From Patescibacteria group bacterium (GTDB lineage Bacteria > Patescibacteriota > Patescibacteriia > Patescibacteriales > UBA12465), in contig JBMNFW010000001.1 of NCBI GenBank assembly GCA_050949525.1, positions 143,890 to 207,889 of the forward strand: DNA of 64,000 bases, read 5' to 3'. The notes beneath the pieces were generated by a model. It was not told the origin of the DNA. It searched no databases and saw nothing but the letters and a program-made list of their open reading frames with translations. Positions within the stretch are counted from its first letter, which is position 1. Every line of letters starts with the position of its first letter. Made by a program: the position numbers and the translations under genes. Positions 41,401 to 49,177 of the stretch are shown piece by piece.

Positions 41401-41451
41401 TTGATCATCACTTTTTTTTAGTAAGCTGGAAATTGAATCAAATCCACTCAT
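38431..41451 (-). CDS. tandem-fused double PilB/GspE-type secretion ATPase
   Basis: 1006 aa: a GspE-N-like N-terminus followed by two complete ATPase cores. Each core has Walker A (TTGPTGSGKTTTLY, twice), EDPIEYQ, Walker B (VMVGEIRD / MMLGEIRD), a His box (LTGHLVLSTLHTN / LTGHLVLSTIHAN) and a tetra-Cys cluster (CPHC..CEKC / CPDC..CDKC). Confidence 0.9.
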   Translation of the reverse strand: MSGFDSISSLLKKSDDQDSAAYKLAAKQEEIKNKEIERKTQAQAQSLGLPYVNLFGFPISHEALVLIAEEEANLNKLVCFYYDGENIRFATTNPNNPQVNKIIDEINKEYFTKSSLYLISPISLKHALSVYDLIPKFKKIIKGVEISPEDLERFKEIITDYKSLNHTINEVNVTDVVTLILATALKTGASDIHIEAEERGIIVRLRIDGVLQEAATIEKNKWRKIISRMKILAGVKINIEDKPQDGRYSIFLSNERVDVRSSFLPTAFGESVVMRLLKSSSIGLSFDDLGLRPEAYQILKKEISKPNGLVLTTGPTGSGKTTTLYAILNRLNQPGTKIITLEDPIEYQLEGISQSQVEPKRGYTFASGLRSILRQDPDIVMVGEIRDLETAEISVQASLTGHLVLSTLHTNDASGVLPRLIDMGIKPYFLVPAINAVIGQRLLRKLCPHCREVHYLKEDEELLLKKILAVISPKANIKVPTILPTIYKAGPGCEKCSGIGYKGRLGIYEIFTMDEKLKELTMDNAPSFKIMQQAIENGMVTMLQDGVLKVLEHQTSLEEVYRVIGNFDYVEELYKVAISQTISQGIEIGVKELDKARSMINDKILVAKTIKEIPTNEIIVLLLSLAIESKAGDLHIEPTAENVKIRFRIDGILHDMFELSKDIFLPLLAEIKILAGFTTNIKRATLDGRFAISLENKKIDCRVSIISGGFGETAVLRLLTGSEGELNLDKLGLSQYSLPILQNSIQKTKGIIITTGPTGSGKTTTLYSIIKQLNTPDVKIITIEDPIEYQMEGIIQTQVNPAEGYTFAVAMKSLLRQNPNVMMLGEIRDQETAKTAIEASLTGHLVLSTIHANSAASAVSRFMGLGVEKSMLANALECSIGQRLVRKICPDCQKEEVILSPEVLNEIKEILGKIKNKNFVFPNEFKFYRGKGCDKCNHIGYRGRIGLYEIMTLSPASQEKIFKENLSDQEIENIAIEDGMITMLQDGILKALQGLTTIEEVIKNTK

Positions 41452-41465
41452 GATTTTCTGATTTT

Positions 41466-42488
41466 TTAATTAAATACTCTTTCTAATTTTGCTTTTTGTT
41501 TTTTATCTTTTATATTCAAGAATAAACCAGTCCAAGCGCTAGTTTGAAAAGTATTTAAAAGAGATCCACTTAGGATATTAAAGATAATAACTGCTAAAGC
41601 TCCGATAATGGCAAAGAAAACAAAGAAAAAGAAAGGAGCTGAAACTAAGGTAGTTGATAAGGCTAGGGCTATGAAGACGAAGATTAAAGCAATTGAAGCT
41701 AGGGAAATTAGGAGTATCGCGACAAAGTTAATTAGGAAAAGAATTAAAGCCATTTCTAAACTTATTAACCAGTTATCAGAAAATAGCTTCCAAGCCGATT
41801 TGATAGCTGGACCAAATTTCTTTTTTTCTAAAACTACATAAGCAATACTGTATTTAGCTATGAAGGATAGAAGTAGGCATAATAATGTAAAGATAATGAA
41901 GATTAATCCGTAGACTAAAGTATAGGCTATTTTGTTTTTTATAATAATAAATAGAAAGAAAAAACTAGAGATTAAGAAAACCAAATTAATTATTATGGTT
42001 ATTATTAAGTTTAACCAGAAAACGGGCCAAAATCTTTTGTTACTATTTTTTATAGCTTTTTTAATAGTTATTTTCCCCTTTTTTTCTTTAATAATATCTT
42101 TAGTAGAATTGATTAAACTAATTTGTGAAACAGTGGAAAGCCAAGCAAAGAAAACAGCAAAACCGATGATTATCAATACTACTAATATTAAAAGCCACAA
42201 TGTTTTTGGTTCAGTTTTTAGAAGCTCAAAGAAGTTAATCCAAGCGCTTTTAGAAAAAATACCAGTATCAAGAAACATTTTAAAATTGGTTAGTTCCTTA
42301 ATACTAGGTCCGGGACTGATGATTTTAGAGGCAACTTTGAGTTCAGCTGAAAAACTAACTAGAGAAGCAAAAAATCCAAAAAACCATAAGATTTTATTCT
42401 TCCAAGAAATTTTCCAAGCTTGTTTTAGAGTGTTTCGATATGATAGCATAAACTTTTGAAGCCCTGATGGGCTATTAATTTTTAACAT
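41466..42488 (-). CDS. polytopic membrane protein, unknown function
   Basis: Multiple hydrophobic helices. I chose the start at ATG 42486-42488 (MLKINSPSGLQKF...), because the longer ORF to 42620 would run into the divergent tyrS start. Confidence 0.6.
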   Translation of the reverse strand: MLKINSPSGLQKFMLSYRNTLKQAWKISWKNKILWFFGFFASLVSFSAELKVASKIISPGPSIKELTNFKMFLDTGIFSKSAWINFFELLKTEPKTLWLLILVVLIIIGFAVFFAWLSTVSQISLINSTKDIIKEKKGKITIKKAIKNSNKRFWPVFWLNLIITIIINLVFLISSFFFLFIIIKNKIAYTLVYGLIFIIFTLLCLLLSFIAKYSIAYVVLEKKKFGPAIKSAWKLFSDNWLISLEMALILFLINFVAILLISLASIALIFVFIALALSTTLVSAPFFFFVFFAIIGALAVIIFNILSGSLLNTFQTSAWTGLFLNIKDKKQKAKLERVFN

Positions 42489-42594
42489 TTTAATTATAAC
42501 ATAATTTTTAAAAAAATGAAAAGGATGAAGGGTTTGCCAAAAGATCTTAAATAATATAAAATATTGGCGTAAAGTATCATTAAATTTTTTAAAT

Positions 42595-43827
42595 ATGTCA
42601 AAAATTATTACTGATGCCAAGATTATCGACGAATTATTAAATCGTAGTGTGGTTGAGATTTTGCCAGATAAAGAACTTTTAAGGAAAGAGCTACTTTCGG
42701 GCCGACGTTTAAGTATGTATATTGGGGCTGATCCAACTGGCTCAGCTTTACATTTGGGTCACGCAACTAATTATATTATTTTAGAGAAATTTAGAAAATT
42801 AGGTCATAAAGTTTATTTAGTGTTTGGTGATTTTACAGCTCGAATTGGTGATCCTTCTGATAAAATGGCTACTCGAGTTCAATTAAGTCGAGAGGATGTT
42901 ATAGCTAATACTAAAGATTGGCAAAGACAATTATCTCCAATTATTAGTTTTGATGATCCAGTTAATCCAGTTGAGATTGTGTATAATCATGATTGGCTAT
43001 CGGCTTTGAGCTTTGAGGAGTTAATTGATATTGCTTCTACGTTTACGGTGCAACGAATGTTAGAAAGAGATATGTTTGAAAAAAGGTTAAAAGAAAATAA
43101 ACCTATTTATGTGCACGAGTTTTTTTATCCGTTAATGCAGGGTTATGATAGTGTTCATTTGGAAGTTGACATAGAGATGTGTGGTAATGATCAGAGGTTT
43201 AACGCTCTTTGTGGACGAACTCTTTTGAAAAAGTATAAGAATAAAGAGAAATTTGTTTTTATTACTACTCTTTTAGAGAATCCTAAAACCGGAGAAAAGA
43301 TGATGTCTAAGAGTTTAGGTACCGGTGTTTTTTTAGATGCTAGTAATATTGAGATGTATGGTCAGATTATGGCTCAAGCTGATGAAAATATTCCGCAACT
43401 ATTTACTGATTGCACCTATTTAGATTTAAAAGAAATAGAAGAAATTAAATCTGATTTAAAAAGTGGTCAATCTAATCCTCGGGATATTAAGATGAAATTA
43501 GCTTGGGAAATAGTTAAGATTTATCACGGTGAAGATTTGGCTCAAGCCGCTCAAGATAATTTTATTAAAACTTTTCAAAAGAAAGAAGTCCCTGATGAGA
43601 TACCTGAGTTATTCTTAGAAGCTGGAGATTATTCGATCATTGATATTTTAATAACCGGATCTCTAGTGTCTAGTAAAAGCGAGGCTCGTCGTTTAATTAA
43701 ACAGGGTGGTCTTAAGTTGAATGGAGAGCTTCTTTTAGATCCGGAAAAGATTATTAATTTAGGTTCAGAAAGTGTTTTAATTCAGAAAGGGAAGCGACAT
43801 TTTTTACAGATCAAGTTAAAATTGTAA
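42595..43827 (+). CDS. tyrS: tyrosyl-tRNA synthetase
   Basis: 410 aa. HIGH-type motif ALHLGHATN, KMSKS-type motif KMMSKSLG, C-terminal S4 domain (SKSEARRLIKQGGLKLNG). Confidence 0.93.
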   Translation: MSKIITDAKIIDELLNRSVVEILPDKELLRKELLSGRRLSMYIGADPTGSALHLGHATNYIILEKFRKLGHKVYLVFGDFTARIGDPSDKMATRVQLSREDVIANTKDWQRQLSPIISFDDPVNPVEIVYNHDWLSALSFEELIDIASTFTVQRMLERDMFEKRLKENKPIYVHEFFYPLMQGYDSVHLEVDIEMCGNDQRFNALCGRTLLKKYKNKEKFVFITTLLENPKTGEKMMSKSLGTGVFLDASNIEMYGQIMAQADENIPQLFTDCTYLDLKEIEEIKSDLKSGQSNPRDIKMKLAWEIVKIYHGEDLAQAAQDNFIKTFQKKEVPDEIPELFLEAGDYSIIDILITGSLVSSKSEARRLIKQGGLKLNGELLLDPEKIINLGSESVLIQKGKRHFLQIKLKL

Positions 43828-43836
43828 ATAATTTTT

Positions 43837-45504
43837 ATGCCTTTAGATAAGATTAGGGAGCATTTAGCTCAAGTTTTGGAAATTGATAAAAATGATTTGG
43901 TCTATCCTAGTTTTAGTCATCTGGGAGATTTATCTTTACCCTTGTTTAAGTTTACTCAAGAAAAAAAACTTTCATTGGAGGATTTAGCTTTATCTTGGAG
44001 AGATAAAATTATTCAAGATTCTAAGCTTAAAAATATTGTTTCTAAAGTGGAAATACTAAAAGCCTACTTAAATATTTTTATTAAAACCGAATATTTATCA
44101 AGCCTAGTTTTAGAGAGAATAAATAAGGAAAAAGATGGTTATGGTTTTAATGATAGTGGCCAAGGAGATTTAAGTATTTTTGAATTTTCTAATGTTAATA
44201 CTCATAAAGATTTTCATATTGGTCATTTAAGAAATGTAGTTTTAGGTAATTCTTTTTGTCAAATTTTTTTAGCTAATGGTTTTAAATCTTACCCTATTTC
44301 ATATATTAATGATTTTGGTATTCATACTGCTAAAACCATTTGGTCTTATCGTCAAAATCCTAATTCTGATTTAGGTGCGTCTTATGCTCAGACTAGCCAG
44401 AAAATGGAGGAAGATCCTAGTATTGCTGAAGAGGTTGGTAGTATTATGACTGATATTGAAAAACGTCAAGGGGAAAATTATCGATTTTGGAAGAAGACTC
44501 GAGAGATAAGTTTAAAAAATTTTCAGAATGTTTATGATCTTTTAAATATTAAATTTAAAAAAACATATTTTGAAAGCCAAATTATTGGTGCTGGTTTAAA
44601 AATGAGTCAAGAGCTATTAGAAAGAGGTATTTTAAAGAAGAGTCAAGGAGCTATTATCGCTGATTTAGAAGAGTATCAATTGGGGGTTTTGCCAATTATT
44701 AGGAGTGATCACACAGCTCTTTACCCGGTGGCTGATTTGGCTTTGGCCGCTCAGAAATTTAATGATTTTAAAAATTTAAAGAATTCTTATGTCGTAGTTG
44801 ATAATCGACAAAGCCTTTATTTTAAACAATTATTTAAAATTTTAGAATTAGCTGGTTATCAAGAAAATTTTACTCATCTTTCTTATGAGTTTGTTACTTT
44901 ACCTGAGGGCTTAATGTCATCTCGTTCTGGTAATGCGGTTTCTTTTTTTGATCTTTATCAACAAGTTTTAGATCGTTTAATTGAGGAGACTAAAAAGAGA
45001 CATCCAGAATGGTCAGAAAAAAAGATTAGCCAGAATTGTCAGAGATTAGCTGTCGCTGTTTTAAAATTTGAAATGTTAAAGGTTTCACCTAATAAGATTA
45101 TAACTTTCGATATTAAAGAGGCTTTGAAGTTTGAAGGTTTTAGCGCTCTATATATTCTTTATGGATTGGTTCGGGTGAAAAGTATTTTAAGAAAAGGGGG
45201 ATTTAAAATTAAAGGAGATTTTGATTTTAGTCTTTTAGAACATGATTTAGAAAAAGAAATACTTTTAAAATTAGCTAAATATCCAGAAATAGTTTTAAAA
45301 ACTAAAGAGAGTTTAGATCCTAGTGAAATTGCTAAATATCTATTAGAATTATTCAGAACCTTTAATGATTACTATCAAAAAGTAAAAATATTATCATCTA
45401 GTCCAGAAATTAAAAAAGTGAGATTTTTCTTTTTACAGACTATAATTCAGGTAGCTGAAAATGCTTTAAGTCTTTTAGGGCTAGAAAGTTTAGATGAAAT
45501 TTAA
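43837..45504 (+). CDS. argS: arginyl-tRNA synthetase
   Basis: 555 aa. NVNTHKDFHIGHLRNVVLGNS, LMSSRSGNAV, and a C-terminal anticodon-binding helical domain. Confidence 0.9.
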   Translation: MPLDKIREHLAQVLEIDKNDLVYPSFSHLGDLSLPLFKFTQEKKLSLEDLALSWRDKIIQDSKLKNIVSKVEILKAYLNIFIKTEYLSSLVLERINKEKDGYGFNDSGQGDLSIFEFSNVNTHKDFHIGHLRNVVLGNSFCQIFLANGFKSYPISYINDFGIHTAKTIWSYRQNPNSDLGASYAQTSQKMEEDPSIAEEVGSIMTDIEKRQGENYRFWKKTREISLKNFQNVYDLLNIKFKKTYFESQIIGAGLKMSQELLERGILKKSQGAIIADLEEYQLGVLPIIRSDHTALYPVADLALAAQKFNDFKNLKNSYVVVDNRQSLYFKQLFKILELAGYQENFTHLSYEFVTLPEGLMSSRSGNAVSFFDLYQQVLDRLIEETKKRHPEWSEKKISQNCQRLAVAVLKFEMLKVSPNKIITFDIKEALKFEGFSALYILYGLVRVKSILRKGGFKIKGDFDFSLLEHDLEKEILLKLAKYPEIVLKTKESLDPSEIAKYLLELFRTFNDYYQKVKILSSSPEIKKVRFFFLQTIIQVAENALSLLGLESLDEI

Positions 45505-45513
45505 TTTTAATAT

Positions 45514-46887
45514 ATGAATAACAATCAAGATAAAATGGATAAAATTGTATCCTTTTCTAAGCGACGAGGATTTGTTTTTCCTTCTTCCGAAATTTATGGT
45601 GGCTTTGCGGCTGTTTATGATTTTGGTCCTTATGGCGTAGAATTAGCTAATAATATTAAGAGTATCTGGTGGAAGACTATGACTCAGTATCGCGATGATA
45701 TTATCGGTTTGGACTCGGCTATTTTTATGAATCCTAAAGTTTGGGAAGCTTCTGGACATCTTAGTGGTTTTTCTGATCCTTTAACCGAATGTCAGAAATG
45801 TCATCGTCGCTCTCGTTTAGATACTCTTTTAGAAGAAGAGGGGGTTGAGGCTGATGAAAAGATGAGTGAGGAGGAGATTAATAATATTTTTTCTGAGAAT
45901 AAAGATAAAATTAAATGTCCATATTGTGGCGCTAAAGATTTTAGTCCGGCTAAAAATTTTAATCTGTTGGTAAAATCTAATTTAGGAAATTTTACTGGAG
46001 ATTTAGAGCGAGAGCCTAGCTATTTACGAGGAGAAACTTGTCAGGGTATTTATCTTAATTACAAGAATGTGCTTGATTCTAGTCGAGTAAAAATTCCTTT
46101 TGGTATTGCTCAAATTGGTAAAGCTTTTAGAAATGAAATTACGGCCCGGCAATTTATTTTCCGAACCAGAGAGTTTGAACAGATGGAGATGCAGTACTTC
46201 ATTAAACCGGAGGATCGCGATAAATATTATCAGGAATGGAAGGATCTTCGTTTTCAATTTTATTTAGATTTAGGTATTAGTCCTAATAATTTAAGGTGGA
46301 AGAAGCATGATAATTTAGTTTTTTATGCTAAAGAAGCTTATGATATTGAATATAATTTCCCTTTTGGTTTTAAGGAGTTAGAAGGATTACATGCTCGAGG
46401 GGACTATGATTTAAGTCAGCATAGTAAACATTCTGGACAGGATTTAAGTTATTTAGATCCGATTAGCGGTGAAAGATATATTCCTGAAGTTATTGAAAGT
46501 TCAGCTGGACTTGGACGTATTTTTTTAGCTCTTTTATCAGAAGCTTATCATGAGGAAGAGGAGCGAGTAGTTTTAAAATTGAAACCTGAGTTAGCTCCGA
46601 TTAAAATAGCTGTTTTTCCATTATTAAAGAATCGAGTAGAGTTAGTGGAAAAAGCTCGAGAAGTTTTTGATGTTTTAAAAAAATATTGGCGTTGTGAGTT
46701 TGATGATAATGGTAATATTGGAAAAAGATATCGTCGTCAAGATGAGATCGGTACCCCTTATTGTTTAACATTTGATTTTGATAGTTTGGATAATAATGAT
46801 ATTACCTTGCGTCATCGAGATAGTATGGAACAAGAAAGAATAAGTATTGATAAACTTATTAATTATTTTAAAGATAAGTTAGGGTAG
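45514..46887 (+). CDS. glyQS: glycyl-tRNA synthetase (alpha2 homodimeric type)
   Basis: 457 aa. Class II motifs (YLRGETCQGIY, FRNEITARQFIFRTREFEQMEMQYF, ESSAGLGR) and a C-terminal anticodon-binding domain. Confidence 0.92.
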   Translation: MNNNQDKMDKIVSFSKRRGFVFPSSEIYGGFAAVYDFGPYGVELANNIKSIWWKTMTQYRDDIIGLDSAIFMNPKVWEASGHLSGFSDPLTECQKCHRRSRLDTLLEEEGVEADEKMSEEEINNIFSENKDKIKCPYCGAKDFSPAKNFNLLVKSNLGNFTGDLEREPSYLRGETCQGIYLNYKNVLDSSRVKIPFGIAQIGKAFRNEITARQFIFRTREFEQMEMQYFIKPEDRDKYYQEWKDLRFQFYLDLGISPNNLRWKKHDNLVFYAKEAYDIEYNFPFGFKELEGLHARGDYDLSQHSKHSGQDLSYLDPISGERYIPEVIESSAGLGRIFLALLSEAYHEEEERVVLKLKPELAPIKIAVFPLLKNRVELVEKAREVFDVLKKYWRCEFDDNGNIGKRYRRQDEIGTPYCLTFDFDSLDNNDITLRHRDSMEQERISIDKLINYFKDKLG

Positions 46888-46892
46888 TGTAA

Positions 46893-46922
46893 TAAAAAAA
46901 CCGCTAAGTTTATACCTAGCGG
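46893..46922 (-). terminator. terminator of the minus-strand orphan gene
   Basis: CCGCTA (46901-46906) pairs with TAGCGG (46917-46922). The A8 run at 46893-46900 is a U-run on the minus-strand transcript. Confidence 0.5.
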
Positions 46923-46937
46923 CTACTATATATTAAT

Positions 46938-47486
46938 CTATTTCCTATTAATATATATTTTTTCTCCTGATAAAGGAACTTCTATTTCCTCTATTGTTTC
47001 AGAAGATCTTTTTCCTCCTAATTTTATTTCGAAGTCGGCCTCTCGACCTTCTTCTTTTCTTAGGAAGAAATTTAATATAATTCGTTTTTCGCCACTTTTT
47101 TTGTTAGTGGCTAAACAGATCTCTAGATCTGCTATAACAGTTGACCCGAAAGGCATTTTTAACTTGGTATGCCTTTCGTCCCGTTTTTCACCTAGACCGA
47201 CGAAACGGTAGGTGCGGGTTATCAATATTTTTTCTAGCATTGTCCCCATGCGCCAATAGCTGGGGATTTCAATGATTTGCCCATTATCTCGGAGAGATAA
47301 GGGCTTGTTAATGAATTTAGAAGTGATCCCTTTTTTAGGGATTCTAACTTCTACATTATTAACTTCTTTCAAAACTTCATGATCCCATTGGGAGATCATG
47401 AGTTTTCTTTCATTGTTTACTAGAACCACTCCGATTAATTCGCCATCTCTATCTCTGATGGCTTCTTTTACTGAAAATATTCTCAT
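46938..47486 (-). CDS. hypothetical soluble protein (182 aa)
   Basis: Clean ORF with its own consensus promoter and terminator. No TM segment and no motif I recognise. Confidence 0.65.
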   Translation of the reverse strand: MRIFSVKEAIRDRDGELIGVVLVNNERKLMISQWDHEVLKEVNNVEVRIPKKGITSKFINKPLSLRDNGQIIEIPSYWRMGTMLEKILITRTYRFVGLGEKRDERHTKLKMPFGSTVIADLEICLATNKKSGEKRIILNFFLRKEEGREADFEIKLGGKRSSETIEEIEVPLSGEKIYINRK

Positions 47487-47515
47487 AATATTAAATTTTT
47501 AAAGTTCAACCAGAC

Positions 47516-47544
47516 ATTGTAGCATTTTTAATATCAAATGTCAA
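47516..47544 (-). promoter_or_regulatory. near-consensus promoter (minus strand: TTGACA, 17 nt spacer, TGcTACAAT)
   Basis: The minus strand reads TTGACA (47544-47539), a 17-nt spacer ending in TGC, then TACAAT (47521-47516). It drives 46938-47486. Confidence 0.6.
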
Positions 47545-47554
47545 CACTTTGCTA

Positions 47555-47583
47555 TTGACATTTTTAAAATATAGTGATAGAAT
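47555..47583 (+). promoter_or_regulatory. near-consensus promoter (TTGACA, 17 nt spacer, TGaTAGAAT)
   Basis: TTGACA at 47555-47560 and TAGAAT at 47578-47583, with TG at 47575-47576. Its -35 box sits back-to-back with the divergent promoter's, 10 bp apart. Confidence 0.6.
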
Positions 47584-47630
47584 AATCTTTTGTGGTTATT
47601 TAACAATTTAATAATAAAAAATCTAAGAAA

Positions 47631-48203
47631 ATGAAGAAAAGGAAAAAAACTTTAAACAAAAAGGATAGATATATCCTTTTGTTTGGCATCTTATTATTAA
47701 TTTCTCTAATAGTTACTTTTGTTTTTTTCAATAACGAGATCAATAAAAGTCGAAAACAAAACGATCTTATTGAAAATGAAGTTAAAGAGAATAAAAAAAA
47801 GACTTCAGAAAATACTAAAGAGATAGTAAAAATCTCTCAAGATTTTGAATCTCTTGAGGTATATACTGAGACATTAGTGTTATCCTTATTGGATTCCTTG
47901 GATGCTATGAAAAGGGAAATTGCAGTGTTAAAAAACACTATTTCTCAGCAACATGAAAAACAAAAAAGTATAAATGAGTATTGGGCTAGCAAAACGTTAA
48001 GTCTTCTAAATTGGAAGCTTGATATTGAAGAAAAGAATAAGGGCAAGGATAGTGTTCCTGCTCCTGTTGTAGTAAAAAAAAGTGAAGAAAAAAAAGAAGA
48101 GGTTAAGGAAAAGGAAAAGGAGGGAATTAATCCCGTAACTCTCCTCAATCCTCATCTAAAATCCATCACCCCTAGGGTGAAGGATGGAAGGGAGACTCCT
48201 TAA
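47631..48203 (+). CDS. hypothetical single-pass membrane protein with coiled-coil and Lys/Glu-rich region
   Basis: 190 aa. Basic N-terminus, TM helix (YILLFGILLLISLIVTFVFF), heptad-like middle, PAPVVVKKSEEKKEEVKEKEKE tail. Confidence 0.65.
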   Translation: MKKRKKTLNKKDRYILLFGILLLISLIVTFVFFNNEINKSRKQNDLIENEVKENKKKTSENTKEIVKISQDFESLEVYTETLVLSLLDSLDAMKREIAVLKNTISQQHEKQKSINEYWASKTLSLLNWKLDIEEKNKGKDSVPAPVVVKKSEEKKEEVKEKEKEGINPVTLLNPHLKSITPRVKDGRETP

Positions 48204-48212
48204 ACCTTCCTC

Positions 48213-48241
48213 TTGACATTTTTTATAGGATATGATAGAAT
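48213..48241 (+). promoter_or_regulatory. near-consensus promoter (TTGACA, 17 nt spacer, TGaTAGAAT)
   Basis: TTGACA at 48213-48218 and TAGAAT at 48236-48241, with TG at 48233-48234. It is embedded in the inverted repeat CTTGACAT (48212-48219) / ATGTCAAG (48240-48247). Confidence 0.6.
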
Positions 48242-48280
48242 GTCAAGTTAAATTATGTCGAACTTTAAAAATTTAATATT

Positions 48281-48823
48281 ATGGAAGAAGATAATAACAG
48301 AAACGCTAATGCTCAAGAAAGATCTGAGCAACTAAATGATCAGGTAGAAAACAGAAATGGAGATAGAGATAATATTGATGCTAGAAAAGGCACCAGTATT
48401 AATATAACAACCATCGTTTTAGTTGTTATATTATTAGCTCTAGTTTTTGGGTTAATTTTTATAGGCGTTCAAGTGGTGAACGCTAATAAAAATGTGGTCA
48501 AGGTGGAACAGGAGTCTATTGATAGAGATAATGATATCAGAGACGATATCACCAATCTCGAAAATAGAATCAGTGATTCCATAAAAAATATTAGGGCAGA
48601 TCAGGAGAGAATAGAGAGAGAGTTAAAAGGAAAAATTAATTCTCTTCAGGTGGAGGTAAAGAACAACAAAGCTGAGATCAATCAGCTTAAAATTACCCCA
48701 CCAGCTCCACCAGTAGCTGAGGAAACTAAAACTAAGAAAACCTCTAATAAATCTAAAAAGAAAAAGAAATTTTCTTTTGAAGATATAGAGGCGATCGGAG
48801 AGCAGTTTGAAGAAATATTCTAA
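48281..48823 (+). CDS. hypothetical single-pass membrane protein with coiled-coil and Pro/Lys-rich tail
   Basis: 180 aa. Polar N-terminus, TM helix (ITTIVLVVILLALVFGLIFIGV), coiled-coil-like segment, PPAPPVAEETKTKKTSNKSKKKKK tail. Same architecture as 47631-48203. Confidence 0.65.
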   Translation: MEEDNNRNANAQERSEQLNDQVENRNGDRDNIDARKGTSINITTIVLVVILLALVFGLIFIGVQVVNANKNVVKVEQESIDRDNDIRDDITNLENRISDSIKNIRADQERIERELKGKINSLQVEVKNNKAEINQLKITPPAPPVAEETKTKKTSNKSKKKKKFSFEDIEAIGEQFEEIF

Positions 48824-48840
48824 CAATATTTGCTCTCTAG

Positions 48841-48867
48841 AGAGGTGAAAAATCACCTCTTTTTTTA
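48841..48867 (+). terminator. rho-independent terminator
   Basis: AGAGGTGA (48841-48848), loop AAAA, TCACCTCT (48853-48860), then T7. Confidence 0.8.
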
Positions 48868-49028
48868 TTTTAGATTTATGGTTTTAAAAAATTATTTAAT
48901 AATTATTTTTTTAAAATAATTTTATAATTATAATAATATTTTATTTTTATTTTATTAAAATTAATTGTAGTATATACCCTTATTTTTCAATATATTTAAT
49001 GTTATTCTAATTAAATTGGTTTGCCCTA

Positions 49029-49057
49029 TTGACAAATAAAAACATATATGCTATAAT
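49029..49057 (+). promoter_or_regulatory. consensus promoter (TTGACA, 17 nt spacer, TGcTATAAT)
   Basis: TTGACA at 49029-49034, TG at 49049-49050, TATAAT at 49052-49057. This implies a leader of about 115 nt before ATG 49178. Confidence 0.65.
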
Positions 49058-49177
49058 CCTAAGTTAAAATTAAGTTCTTTAACAAACAATTAAACTCAAG
49101 TTCACTACCTAGAATTTAAATCAGTGATTTTAAATTTTTGGCAGTGAATTTCGAAGTTTAATTTAAAATAAATAATT

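Noticed and set aside
42489-42620. N-terminal extension of the membrane protein ORF
   Set aside because: It would overlap the divergent tyrS start and its promoter region. The ATG at 42488 precedes the first hydrophobic segment sensibly.
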